A stretch of 64,000 nt of DNA from Gammaproteobacteria bacterium (GCA_050306135.1 JBNLGQ010000029.1:43585-107584); one strand, 5' to 3'; counted from the first letter of the stretch, positions 20,281-30,356 are shown. Numbers and translations: made by a program. Notes: generated by a model from the letters alone, not told the origin.

Positions 20281-20690
20281 TAACCACGAAGGGCACGAAG
20301 AACACGAAGGGTGTTAGTGTGGGGGATATCTTTGTGGATTTGGCGTGCTTTGCGGTTGGGAGTTTCTTTTTGCAGCATTATTTAACCACAGAGTGCACGG
20401 AGGACACTGAGAATGATTTTTTAAGATAGCTATTAACCACGAAGGGCACGAAGAACACGAAGGATATTAGTCAGGGGTTAATCTTCGTGCACTTCGTGGT
20501 TGGGATTTTTTGCTTTAGTTGAACCAAAGAACAGTGCTTCAAAGAAAAGCACAAAAAACTCTGTGCTCTCTGTGGTTTAAAAATAATCCTTACGGCCCGC
20601 ACAACCAAACCGCAGCGTCAGCAAGCCACCATAGGAAACATCAAGAACAACAAAAAACCTTCGTGTTCTTCGTGTGCTTCGTGGTTAATC
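20281..20690. repeat. Dense cluster of CACGAAG-type 9-bp-periodic repeat units, at least six copies in both orientations including CACAGAG/CACTGAG variants
   Basis: Forward copies lie at 20281-20310, 20384-20414 (variant 'CCACAGAGTGCACGGAGGACACTGAG') and 20434-20463. Reverse copies lie at 20483-20501, 20559-20578 (variant 'CTCTGTGCTCTCTGTGG') and 20659-20689. The cluster fills the 427-nt gap between the convergent lhr and mocR genes. Confidence 0.8.
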
Positions 20691-20694
20691 AATA

Positions 20695-22254
20695 CTACGA
20701 ATCGATGACCTGTTTTAGCTTCATCATTGCCACTTCCATTTCGGTTTCTGTAAAACTACAAAAGCCCATTAACAATCCATTCTGTGAAGAGCTGGTTGCG
20801 TAGTAACTTGATAGTGGGTGGCAGGTTATTCCATGTTGGGCTAATTTTTCGCTGACTTCACTATCCTTTAGAAAATCGGGTAACTTGACGGCAATGTGCA
20901 TTCCGGCCTTATGATCTTCGAATGTTGCTAACTCACCCAAATAAGTCTGTAGCAGGTTGATAAAGGCCTGTCTGCGTTCAGCATATATCCTGCGTACCCG
21001 CCGAATATGTCGATAATACTCTCCATTACGCATGAATAAGGCCAGCGGGCGTTGCGGCATGATTGAGGCTTTGGAACCGAATTTTTTAATATTAGCGTCA
21101 AAAAGGGGGATAAGTGCAGTAGGCATGACAACAAACCCCATATGTAATCCACTGGAAAATATCTTGGAGAAACTACCTATATAAATGGTCCTTTGATTCA
21201 CATCCAGACCGGCAAGAGAAGGAATAGGACGGCCTGAGTAACGAAATTCACTGTCGTAATCATCTTCAATAATCCAGCCATCTGTCTGCTTTGCCCAGGC
21301 GATAAATGCATTGCGTCGAGCCTGTGGCATGGCCCCGCCTAATGGAAACTGAGATGAAGGCGTGAGGATGACCAACCTCTGCTTTGTGGTGTTTTTATTC
21401 ATGGAGGGTGGTAAGGCACCCTGGTTGTCCATCTCCAGTTCTGAGATAGGTATGGTCAGATTTTCCACGAATGAACGCAGCGGAGGATAACAGGGATCTT
21501 CCAGGAATATCCTGTCGTCTTGTTTGGTCAGGCTACGAATGCAATGTTCCAGCGCTTCACTGGCCCCGGCGGTTATCAAAACCTGAGAATAATCCACCCT
21601 TAAGCCTCTCCACTCGACAAGATAACGACAGATTTCCCGGCGTAGCTCTGGGTCGCCAAATGGGTCACTATTCCTGACCAGCGATTCAGCCTGAGTTCTT
21701 GCAACCTGAGTAATGCACTTTGCCCATTGTCGATAGGGGAACAGGCGTGCGTCAGCATTTCCCGGATGAAATGGGCGTAGGGCACCTCTAAAAATTGTCT
21801 TTTTCCGCGATTGCGGCGTCAGCTCCGTACTCGAATCCTCATGTATTTCATATACACTGCGGTTCTCCGTGCGGTGCTTCCTTGCACTCACGAAAAAATC
21901 CGAATTTTTAGAGGTGCCCTGTAGTGTGTTGCTTGAAACAGCCTGTTCAACAGCAACGGTTTTGTCATTAGCGTGTTTGTCCAGCTGTTCAATTTCTCCA
22001 ATCTCGCTGACATAAACTCCCGAGCCCGTTTTACTGTATGCAAAACCCTCTGCAATAAGCTGTTCATAAGCCGTGATGACGGTAGAGCGCGAAACGCCCA
22101 GTTCTTGCGCTAATTTTCTTGATGGTGGCAGGCGTTCATCCTGCTTGAGTTGAGCAAAAACAATGCGTTCACGTAACCCATCGTAAAGCTGTACGAATAG
22201 AGGCGTTGAACTATCAGGGTTTATGTCCAGCCCGAGTAACGGAATATCTATCAT
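20695..22254 (-). CDS. MocR/GntR-family transcriptional regulator: HTH fused to a PLP-dependent aminotransferase-like domain
   Basis: It has an N-terminal GntR HTH ('LPPSRKLAQELGVSRSTVITAYEQLIAEGFAYSKTGSGVYV') and a C-terminal fold-type I aminotransferase domain. The linker between them is unusually long, about 130 aa. Confidence 0.8.
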   Translation of the reverse strand: MIDIPLLGLDINPDSSTPLFVQLYDGLRERIVFAQLKQDERLPPSRKLAQELGVSRSTVITAYEQLIAEGFAYSKTGSGVYVSEIGEIEQLDKHANDKTVAVEQAVSSNTLQGTSKNSDFFVSARKHRTENRSVYEIHEDSSTELTPQSRKKTIFRGALRPFHPGNADARLFPYRQWAKCITQVARTQAESLVRNSDPFGDPELRREICRYLVEWRGLRVDYSQVLITAGASEALEHCIRSLTKQDDRIFLEDPCYPPLRSFVENLTIPISELEMDNQGALPPSMNKNTTKQRLVILTPSSQFPLGGAMPQARRNAFIAWAKQTDGWIIEDDYDSEFRYSGRPIPSLAGLDVNQRTIYIGSFSKIFSSGLHMGFVVMPTALIPLFDANIKKFGSKASIMPQRPLALFMRNGEYYRHIRRVRRIYAERRQAFINLLQTYLGELATFEDHKAGMHIAVKLPDFLKDSEVSEKLAQHGITCHPLSSYYATSSSQNGLLMGFCSFTETEMEVAMMKLKQVIDS

Positions 22255-22348
22255 TAATTGGTATGTATAAAAATATAGAAATTGGATATTAATTAAATAC
22301 CAATATGACTCTATAGTGCAAGCTTAGTTAAAAAGAAAAGGCTTTCCC

Positions 22349-22789
22349 ATGATTGAATCCGTATCCTCAAATAACCTTGATCAAGTCCTGCCACTGATTC
22401 GACAGTATCAGGAGTTTTATAAAGTAGCTGATATTTCAGATGCGCGTAACGCGTCATTTTTTTCACAGTTTGGGGAGTCAAATCCTGCGGGCTGTCAGTT
22501 CATCTACCGTGACTCCGGTCAGGTGGTCGGCTTTGCTACCGTTTATTTTTCATTTACCACCAGCATTACGGCAAAGGTCGCTGTGCTGAATGACCTGTAT
22601 ACCCTGAACGAGTATCGAGGCAGAGGGATTGGCCGACAGCTAGTACAACATTGCCAGCGCTATGCGGCAAAAAATGGGGCTGCTCGTTTGCAGTGGGTAA
22701 CAGCTCCTGATAATGAGCAGGCACAGAAGCTGTATGACGGGGTATGCACGAGCACAAGTAGATGGCTCTTTTATACACTTAATACCTGA
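22349..22789 (+). CDS. GNAT-family N-acetyltransferase
   Basis: 146 aa with the acetyl-CoA binding motif 'RGRGIGRQLVQHC'. It is divergent from the MocR regulator. Confidence 0.7.
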   Translation: MIESVSSNNLDQVLPLIRQYQEFYKVADISDARNASFFSQFGESNPAGCQFIYRDSGQVVGFATVYFSFTTSITAKVAVLNDLYTLNEYRGRGIGRQLVQHCQRYAAKNGAARLQWVTAPDNEQAQKLYDGVCTSTSRWLFYTLNT

Positions 22790-22849
22790 AAACCATACCT
22801 TAATAATTTGGATACAAATATATCCATAAACGCGAATAGAGAAAATACA

Positions 22850-23503
22850 ATGAGTGATCTAGTGAATAAAACTGAACGTACACGCTTACGCAGGCTACGA
22901 GAGCGTGGACAATATGACCGGGAAACCATATACGCCATCCTTGATGCTATGCCGATGTGTCATATTGGGTATATGCAAAACGGATCTCCTGTTGTTATGC
23001 CTACTTTTCAATGGCGCGAAGGTGATCATATCTACTGGCATGCATCCAGTGGGGGCAGAGGGGTGAAAGCCTGGCTGCAAGGTGAAGTCTGTATCACGGT
23101 CTCCTTACTGGATGGCCTGGTGTTAGCGAGATCGGGTTTGCATCATTCTGCAAACTTTCGTAGCGTGCTGATTTTTGGTCAGCCGAGCCTGATCACGGAT
23201 GAGGATGAAAAACGCAAAAAACTCGATGGACTTATCGATCATCTGTACCCTGGTCGCAGTGCCAGTCTGCGCCCCATGACCGATGTGGAAGCTAAACAAA
23301 CAGCCGTGCTATCACTGCCTATCGAAGAGGCATCTGCCAAGATTCGTGCTACAGGGGTGAGTGATGACGAAGAGGATTATGCGCTACCTGTCTGGTCAGG
23401 CGTGATTCCGGTGAAGATGCAATTAATGGAGCCAGAGCCGGATGAGAGGAACTTAGAGGGAGTTGAAATCCCGGATTATATCAATCAGATATCTATTGGC
23501 TAA
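22850..23503 (+). CDS. Pyridoxamine 5'-phosphate oxidase-like FMN-binding split-barrel protein
   Basis: The size and pattern are those of the PNPOx-like fold. The start is set at ATG 22850, which has a GAGA RBS. The ORF is open from 22808. The family assignment is tentative. Confidence 0.45.
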   Translation: MSDLVNKTERTRLRRLRERGQYDRETIYAILDAMPMCHIGYMQNGSPVVMPTFQWREGDHIYWHASSGGRGVKAWLQGEVCITVSLLDGLVLARSGLHHSANFRSVLIFGQPSLITDEDEKRKKLDGLIDHLYPGRSASLRPMTDVEAKQTAVLSLPIEEASAKIRATGVSDDEEDYALPVWSGVIPVKMQLMEPEPDERNLEGVEIPDYINQISIG

Positions 23504-23747
23504 GAGGTTTATCTTCGGCTTTCTTTACCCGAATAGTACTGCCATTCAGCTCCAATCCATTGGTGGATTTCATTGCTGCTTTGGCTTCACCGGGCTTGGG
23601 CATTTCGACAAAGCCAAAGCCTTTTGACAGGCCGGTTTTGCTATCCATTACCAGTGTGCAGGATTGAACCTGGCCATGGGTTTCGAACAGGCTTTTCAGC
23701 TCTGCTTCGGTGGTTGTGCGGGCGAGATTACGGATTAACAGTTTCAT
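23493..23747 (-). CDS. Small RRM-type RNA-binding protein
   Basis: 84 aa with RNP2 'LLIRNLA' and RNP1 'KGFGFVEM' motifs and no glycine-rich tail. Confidence 0.75.
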   Translation of the reverse strand: MKLLIRNLARTTTEAELKSLFETHGQVQSCTLVMDSKTGLSKGFGFVEMPKPGEAKAAMKSTNGLELNGSTIRVKKAEDKPLSQ

Positions 23748-23835
23748 GCTGGGCTTTGGGTAATGAATGAAAGGTTCGCACTATACTCTGTTACAGCTAT
23801 GATGGAAAAATATTCGACTTAAAGCTGGAGTAAAT

Positions 23836-24594
23836 ATGCAATTTTCTGCAAACCTGGGCTTGCTGTGGAAACAGCTTGCATTGCCCGAGGCTATTCATAA
23901 AGCCGCTGCAGCAGGCTTTGCAGCGGTAGAGTGTCACTGGCCTTATGCTACACCAGCGCATCAGCTTGCACAGGCTTTGGAAGAAACCGGGTTGACCATG
24001 CTAAGCCTGAATGCCTGGCGAGGGGATGCGGCCGGTGATAATGGCTTAACGGCAGTACCAGGTAGAGAACAGGAAGCCCGGGCCGCTATTGATCAGGCGA
24101 TAGCGTATGCACGAATTATTCATACCCGCAAGATTCATGTGATGGCGGGCAATGCCAGTGGTGAGCAGGCCTTTAAAACCTATATCGAAAATCTGCGTTA
24201 CGCGGCGCGTAAGGCAGGCGAGTTTGATATTGCGATTTTGATCGAGCCATTAAATCATTTTGATGCGCCGGGCTATTTTTTAAGCAATACCGAACTTGCC
24301 AAACAGGTAATTGATGAGGTTGCTGCAGCAAATCTTAAGCTGATGTTTGATTGTTATCATGTGCAGATTATGCAGGGTGATATTTCGCGTAGATTGCGTG
24401 ATCTGATGCCGCTTATTGGTCACATTCAGATTGCCTCAGTACCTGACCGCGCTGAACCGGATAGCGGTGAGCTGAATTATCGACACCTTATGGATTTGCT
24501 GGAAGATATAGGCTATAGCCAGCCTATAGGTGCAGAATACAAACCTCGAAGCAGTGAGGAAGAGGGTCTTGGCTGGATCAAGCTGTTAAGTTAA
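23836..24594 (+). CDS. hyi: Hydroxypyruvate isomerase (TIM-barrel sugar-phosphate isomerase/epimerase family)
   Basis: The match to E. coli Hyi as recalled runs end to end: 'FSANLGLL', 'ENLRYAA', 'LIEPLNHFDAPGYFL', 'KLMFDCYHVQIMQGD', 'IGHIQIASVPDRAEPDSGELNYRHL', and 'AEYKP'. Confidence 0.8.
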   Translation: MQFSANLGLLWKQLALPEAIHKAAAAGFAAVECHWPYATPAHQLAQALEETGLTMLSLNAWRGDAAGDNGLTAVPGREQEARAAIDQAIAYARIIHTRKIHVMAGNASGEQAFKTYIENLRYAARKAGEFDIAILIEPLNHFDAPGYFLSNTELAKQVIDEVAAANLKLMFDCYHVQIMQGDISRRLRDLMPLIGHIQIASVPDRAEPDSGELNYRHLMDLLEDIGYSQPIGAEYKPRSSEEEGLGWIKLLS

Positions 24595-24595
24595 A

Positions 24596-25234
24596 GTGCG
24601 ACCACTTTTTATCGACCGAGACAGTTACTTGATTCGCATATACTTCCCCCATTTTATTGCTGCTGTGTATGTAGTGTTCTTTATTATCCTCGGCATTGAA
24701 CCTGTTTCCAGAGAGGTGTGGATTGCCGAAGTGATTCCGGTTGTGGCTATCTTTCTAGGGCTGGTTTTTACCTATAAACTGTTTCGATTCAGTAATCTGG
24801 CGTATGCATTGATGGCGATCTGGATCTTCTGGCATACCGTCGGTGGGCACTACACCTTTGCCAATGTTCCCTTTCAGTGGTTTAGTGATTTAATTGGCTC
24901 AGAAAGGAATCACTTTGACCGTATCGGGCATTTTGTTATTGGTTTTTTTGCCTATGCTATGGCGGAGTGGTTGCTGAGGAAAAACTATTGCGGCATATGG
25001 CTGGCATTAGCATGCAGCCTGTTTTTTATTATGAGTGTGGCAGCCGGCTATGAAATTATCGAATGGTGGTATGCGGTAGCGGAAGGTGGCGATGCAGGCG
25101 TTGAGTTTCTGGGCTCTCAGGGTGATATCTGGGATGCGCAAAAAGACATGTTATCGGATACTCTGGGTGCGATTACCTCGTTAATTCTGTTTTCAATGGT
25201 GCGGCCAGATAAAAAAGCAGCTCTATCTGCTTAG
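24596..25234 (+). CDS. Inner-membrane protein of unknown function (possibly DUF2238/YjdF-like)
   Basis: 212 aa with five or six predicted TM helices and a GTG start 2 nt after the hyi stop. The family assignment comes from memory and is uncertain. Confidence 0.4.
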   Translation: MRPLFIDRDSYLIRIYFPHFIAAVYVVFFIILGIEPVSREVWIAEVIPVVAIFLGLVFTYKLFRFSNLAYALMAIWIFWHTVGGHYTFANVPFQWFSDLIGSERNHFDRIGHFVIGFFAYAMAEWLLRKNYCGIWLALACSLFFIMSVAAGYEIIEWWYAVAEGGDAGVEFLGSQGDIWDAQKDMLSDTLGAITSLILFSMVRPDKKAALSA

Positions 25235-25242
25235 CTGCGGCT

Positions 25243-26778
25243 TCACCTTGTCTGCCTATCTTCCAATGCTTGCTTTTGGTCATTATAGACCACTATCTGA
25301 TTACGCCCCTGCGCCTTGGCGCGGTATAAAGCATCATCGGCCTGATCCAGTAAATTGCTGTAGCTCATTCCCTCCAGCGGTATAACAGTCGCCACACCAA
25401 TACTCGCCGTAACATGATCAGTAATGGGTGAATTGGCATGTGGGATATTTAATTCAACAATAGCCCGGATAATTCGATTCGCAATATGGTAGGCATTTTC
25501 TGAATCAGATTCGGGTAACAGGGCGATAAACTCTTCTCCACCATAACGCGATACCATTTCACCGCTGCGTTCAGCAAACTGAGCAATGGTCCTAGCAATC
25601 TGTTTCAGACATGAATCCCCTTTACTGTGTCCGTAATAGTCATTGTAATTTTTAAAGTAATCGATATCGATGAACAGCAGTGATATCTCTCCTTTCCGGC
25701 GTCGTAAGCGGCGCCATTCTTCATCCAGATGGTCATCCAGGGCACGTCGATTCCACAGGGATGTCAATGGGTCATGGTTGGAGAGTGTAATGGCCTGATC
25801 CAGAAACCCTAGTTGTTGATAAGTAAAATAAGCCATCACCAGCAGAGCTAAACTCGCAAAACCTGCCAGCAGCAATACCTTTATTGAAGTATTAACCCAG
25901 TTTTCGAGCAAAGAATCTTCTGTAACAGTGATGAGGTTTGCAATGGGGTATCTATCGCTGAGCTTAAAGCCCACCAGTCGGTTATAACCATCATAGGGTG
26001 CTGCAACCGCATTTATATAGCCGCTTTTCTGCTGCAGCATTAACTGGAAGTCACTACGCTCTGCTACTGATGTTTGTAAAAAAGATTCAGTCATCGGGTA
26101 GCGGTATATTCCCACGCCATCGCTGCGTAGCACTGTGACTGAACCGCCTGCAGGAATTTCGAGTTGCTGATACATCCGATCAAAATGAGAAAGCTTGAGT
26201 TGGATGCCAATGACGCCACAAAACTGACCATTCTCATTAGAAACCCTTCGGGTTAAAAAAATAACTCTTTCCCCTGTGACCCGAGAATACTCCGGCTGGC
26301 TGATGTGCAGTTTCCTGTCGGGGTAATGCTGGTGATGAATAAAGTATTTTCTGTCTGAGGCATTCACCCTTTTGGAAGGATATGAAACACTGTTTGCTAC
26401 GTTGTAACCATCTTCACCTATTAGAAACAGATGTGAAAAGCTGGGTGTACCGGTTTGCTGATTTATAAAACTACGATAAGTTTTTAGCTCAGTATGGATT
26501 TGTTGTGGGTCGAGGAAGTGATTATTAGCATCAACCTTTAAATGAATTGAAAGCTCTTCCAGAATGGTAACTGCCAGGGTCAGTGTGGCATCTGATTCCT
26601 TACTTAAAATGGCAGCCATGCCTTTAATCGATTGGCCTGCCTGGGTCATCTGATTGCTTTTATTGCTCATTATGAGAGATACGGTAGAAACCGCAAGTAT
26701 CATAAAGATGACAGCCGCTACTATAAGCAGGGAACGCTTCAATCGTTCCAGAATCAATCTACTATAGAGAGGCTGCAT
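25243..26778 (-). CDS. Membrane-bound diguanylate cyclase (periplasmic Cache-like sensor plus GGDEF domain)
   Basis: It has an N-terminal TM helix, a periplasmic domain of about 270 aa, a second TM helix, and a GGDEF domain with active-site 'RYGGEEF' and an I-site-like 'RRLRR'. Confidence 0.8.
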   Translation of the reverse strand: MQPLYSRLILERLKRSLLIVAAVIFMILAVSTVSLIMSNKSNQMTQAGQSIKGMAAILSKESDATLTLAVTILEELSIHLKVDANNHFLDPQQIHTELKTYRSFINQQTGTPSFSHLFLIGEDGYNVANSVSYPSKRVNASDRKYFIHHQHYPDRKLHISQPEYSRVTGERVIFLTRRVSNENGQFCGVIGIQLKLSHFDRMYQQLEIPAGGSVTVLRSDGVGIYRYPMTESFLQTSVAERSDFQLMLQQKSGYINAVAAPYDGYNRLVGFKLSDRYPIANLITVTEDSLLENWVNTSIKVLLLAGFASLALLVMAYFTYQQLGFLDQAITLSNHDPLTSLWNRRALDDHLDEEWRRLRRRKGEISLLFIDIDYFKNYNDYYGHSKGDSCLKQIARTIAQFAERSGEMVSRYGGEEFIALLPESDSENAYHIANRIIRAIVELNIPHANSPITDHVTASIGVATVIPLEGMSYSNLLDQADDALYRAKAQGRNQIVVYNDQKQALEDRQTR

Positions 26779-26870
26779 GGCTTTTATCTATTCGTGATGC
26801 TTTTTATAGTTATAGTGGCAGTCAGGTTACTCCTTATGTATAGAGTATTTCAAGTTTACTGATAAGTTGA

Positions 26871-27722
26871 TCACTGGATCATGCCAAAAGACAACATAAC
26901 GTCATAGGCCTGGTCTTCTGCCAGATTCCAGGCCACCAGTATTTGATCGACCGGGCATTTAGCCTGTTGCCAGTTGGTGATCTTATCCAGTATCGGTAGT
27001 AGCTCTTCTTCTTCCGCTGGCGGTGATCCATTACTGAGGTTATTGGCCAGGTAAACAATGCAGTTAGTGTCTGCATAAGGGCCGAAATGGTCTGTATCAT
27101 GGTGGTTTTTGACGGCATACACCAGCAAATCAGGCAGACGCCATTTTTGCAGCAGGGCCTTGCTCACGTCGGTATGATCAAATCCCAGAATCTCCTGTTC
27201 GGCCTGCAGGATGTCCAGGTTTTTTTCGGCTATCAATGTGTCTATTTGAAGCTGAAGCTCGGGGAGTTTGGCAGCGATTACCAGCTTGCCTACATCATGT
27301 AGCAGACCTGCGGTGAAAAGTGCTTCATGATCAATAATATGGGCGCTTTGCATCGCAATATGACGCGCAATAATGGCGGTTTTGATGCTGTGTCTCCAGA
27401 AATCATTCATGGAGAAATTTTCGTTCTCAATATTCTTGAAAAGTCCTGCCAGCAGGGTGCCAATGAGGATGTCCTTTAAGCGCTGGCGTCCAATCAGTGA
27501 GATGGTCTGGGGGATAGAGGTTACAGAGTAGGGAAGTCCGTAGTAGGCGCTGTTAACCATCCTGAGGATTCGTGAAGTTATGGATGGCTCGGTTTGTACT
27601 GCCTCTCCAATCTTATTCACAGATGCATTAACATCATCGAGCAGAGCCGTAACTCGTGTATAGATCTGGGGCAGGGCTGGTAATTCTTTTACTTTAGAAA
27701 GCAGTAACTCTAATTCGGACAT
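26871..27722 (-). CDS. HDOD-domain signalling protein
   Basis: 283 aa with the HDOD signature 'AGLLHDVGKLVIA'. It sits immediately downstream of the GGDEF gene on the same strand. Confidence 0.75.
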   Translation of the reverse strand: MSELELLLSKVKELPALPQIYTRVTALLDDVNASVNKIGEAVQTEPSITSRILRMVNSAYYGLPYSVTSIPQTISLIGRQRLKDILIGTLLAGLFKNIENENFSMNDFWRHSIKTAIIARHIAMQSAHIIDHEALFTAGLLHDVGKLVIAAKLPELQLQIDTLIAEKNLDILQAEQEILGFDHTDVSKALLQKWRLPDLLVYAVKNHHDTDHFGPYADTNCIVYLANNLSNGSPPAEEEELLPILDKITNWQQAKCPVDQILVAWNLAEDQAYDVMLSFGMIQ

Positions 27723-28139
27723 ATTCTAGTTCTAAATACCTGTGGACCTTTAGAATAGCAGAGCTTGCACAGGTTTGTAATTGCTTAAAAGCGGCATCAA
27801 AAACCCATCTGCCAATTGACATATGTTTCTTCAGCAATGGGAATGAAGCTCACCAGATTGATCGTACAATTTAAATGAGACTGGGCAATGGCCTGATGCC
27901 CATTGGCGGTGTGTTGTATCCGCTATGGAACAGATTTCTGGTATTCGAGGGTGAAATATAAAATGCGATTTCCCCCACCGTGTTTGGATAGATACAGAGA
28001 TTATTCTGCAAACATCAGAATGTCATCAGCATTGCTGCCATCATGCAGATAGCAAGCAATGCCTATACGGGTTGATATATGTATTATCGCCAGTTAGCTC
28101 ACCTTTGATAACACTAAAATTTTAAGGGCTAGATGCAGG

Positions 28140-29012
28140 CTATTTGAAGATAACCGTTTTATTTCCATCAAGGAAAACACGGTGTTCTATATGCAAACGT
28201 ACTGCCTTTGCCAGAGCCACAGTTTCGGTATCACGACCTATTGCAACAAGCATATCGGGACTATGGGTATGGTCTACCTGTTGCACTGACTGTTCGATGA
28301 TTGGGCCTTCATCAAGATCAGAAGTGACATAATGAGCGGTTGCTCCAATCAGTTTTACACCACGCTCATAGGCCTGATGATATGGCTTTGCACCCTTGAA
28401 GCCTGGCAGGAAGGAGTGGTGTATATTGATTGCGCGACCACTGAGTTCCTTACACAGCGTATCTGACAATATTTGCATATAGCGCGCCAGTACAACCAGA
28501 TCGGTTTGGGTTTCCTCTATGATTTCCAGTAAGGCTTTTTCCTGTACTGCTTTATTATCCTTATTAACGGGTAAGTGAATAAAGCGAATGCCCTCACGTT
28601 CAACCATGGGGCGCAGGTCTTTGTGGTTTGAAACCACTGCGGTGATTTCCATGGGCAGTTCGCCTTTGTGGAGACGGTATAGCAGATCATCCAGGCAATG
28701 ATCGAACTTACTGACCATAATTAACACCTTGCTCGGTACAGAACGATCGAAGATCTGCGATTGCATATCAAACTGCTGAGCGATCTCAGGGAACTCCTGC
28801 TGAATATCTTCAATGGAATAGTTGTCGCTTTCAATACGACAAACAGCACGCATAAAAAATTGCCCGGTTTTTTCATCATCAAACTGATTCAGTTCGGAAA
28901 GGTAGCAGTCCCTTGAACTGAGATAGCTGGTTACTCCAGCCACTATACCTCGTTTAGCATGACAGGTGGCTTTGAGGATAAACTCTTTAGAGACTGTTTG
29001 TGTATCTGACAT
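28140..29012 (-). CDS. purU: Formyltetrahydrofolate deformylase
   Basis: 290 aa with an N-terminal ACT domain and a formyl-transferase domain ('INIHHSFLPGFKGAKPYHQA', 'GVKLIGATAHYVTSDLDEGPII'). Confidence 0.85.
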   Translation of the reverse strand: MSDTQTVSKEFILKATCHAKRGIVAGVTSYLSSRDCYLSELNQFDDEKTGQFFMRAVCRIESDNYSIEDIQQEFPEIAQQFDMQSQIFDRSVPSKVLIMVSKFDHCLDDLLYRLHKGELPMEITAVVSNHKDLRPMVEREGIRFIHLPVNKDNKAVQEKALLEIIEETQTDLVVLARYMQILSDTLCKELSGRAINIHHSFLPGFKGAKPYHQAYERGVKLIGATAHYVTSDLDEGPIIEQSVQQVDHTHSPDMLVAIGRDTETVALAKAVRLHIEHRVFLDGNKTVIFK

Positions 29013-29369
29013 TATTTACTATTCCAAAGGTTTTTAAGGTGTTCAGGGCGCGGATAATAATATGTCGAGAGAGAATTACCAACACCTTATTCAGCTTTAG
29101 CTACAGGAAATACCTAGCGTATTCCAGGTACAAACAGTAAATGGCACTAAAGTTAACCCTCCACATGTAAAAACAGGTGGAGGGTATTATCAGCTTGCTC
29201 ATAGATTTTACGAATTAAGGAAGCTCTGAATAATTTATCCATGAATGATCAGAACACGAAAAACGAAAACTGTGATTTGCGTTTTTCTCACAAAATCAAA
29301 GGCTTGAAACCATCGGTTTTGGCGGCACATCCCTGTGCCGCAGGAACCTCTGGATTAATCAGAGATTTC

Positions 29370-30356
29370 TTAAAATGGTTCAGGTGCAGGAGTTTTATCG
29401 GTAGATGGTGGAAGAATAGGCATCAAAAATTCCGGTTGATCTCCTGTTAGCGTTTTCAGGAAGGCAACAATCTGAGCGTTCTGTTTGCTTGATAGTTTCT
29501 TACCCAGTTGCAGGCGGCCCATCAAATCTACCGCGTCAGTCAATGTTGCAGCTTCACCATCGTGGAAATAGGGATAGGTCATCTCAACATTTCGTAAGGT
29601 AGGCACCTTGAACTTAAAACGGTCGGCACCTTTTCCGGTAACGCCGCTTAAGCCTTGAGCTGAACTTTTGGTCTTGTAAGCTTTAACAACCCCCATTTTC
29701 TGGAATGAGTTGCCACCGACAGCTTCACCATTGTGGCATGCCACACAACCACTGTCTTTAAATAGCTTATAGCCAGCTTTTTCATTTGCAGTAATAGCAT
29801 CATTATTGCCAAGTAGATATTGGTCAAAGCGTGAGTTGGGAGTGACAAGTGTTTTTTCAAATTCGGCAATAGCTTGAGTGACCATGTCGATATTGATTTT
29901 TTCTTTACCAAAAACCTGTTTGAACTCGGTGACATAGGCCGGTATCGACTCCAGAACATCTATAGCCAGGGTATGTGAGGATGCCATTTCACCAGGGTTT
30001 GCAATGGGGCCACCAGCCTGTGCCTTTAAATCAGCGGCCCGTCCGTCCCAGAACTGTGCAACATTTAAACTGGAGTTCAGGACCGTAGGGGCATTGATGG
30101 GACCTTGTTGCCAATGATCTCCGATAGAAGTTTTAAGATTGTCTGTACCACCCATACTTAGGTTGTGGCAAGAGTTGCAGGAAATAAATCCGGACTTTGA
30201 CAGTCGGGTATCAAAATAGAGCTTTTTACCTAACTCGACCTGAGCCAGGTTTATATTCTGTACCGGTTTAATGGGTTTTATCGGTTCTTCGGCTAGTACT
30301 GATGCAGAGCAGAGTAGCGCAGCAGTCAGTGACATAGAGATGGATAAGTGTTTCAT
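29370..30356 (-). CDS. Di-haem cytochrome c peroxidase (CCP/MauG family)
   Basis: It has a signal peptide, two CxxCH haem-binding motifs ('CNSCH', 'CVACH'), and the conserved 'PTLRNV' and 'YFHDG' motifs. Confidence 0.8.
   Translation of the reverse strand: MKHLSISMSLTAALLCSASVLAEEPIKPIKPVQNINLAQVELGKKLYFDTRLSKSGFISCNSCHNLSMGGTDNLKTSIGDHWQQGPINAPTVLNSSLNVAQFWDGRAADLKAQAGGPIANPGEMASSHTLAIDVLESIPAYVTEFKQVFGKEKINIDMVTQAIAEFEKTLVTPNSRFDQYLLGNNDAITANEKAGYKLFKDSGCVACHNGEAVGGNSFQKMGVVKAYKTKSSAQGLSGVTGKGADRFKFKVPTLRNVEMTYPYFHDGEAATLTDAVDLMGRLQLGKKLSSKQNAQIVAFLKTLTGDQPEFLMPILPPSTDKTPAPEPF

Noticed and set aside
20519-20803. 94-aa plus-strand ORF overlapping the repeat cluster and the 3' end of mocR
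   Set aside because: It runs through repeat units and then antisense to the MocR gene, and it has no start-site support.
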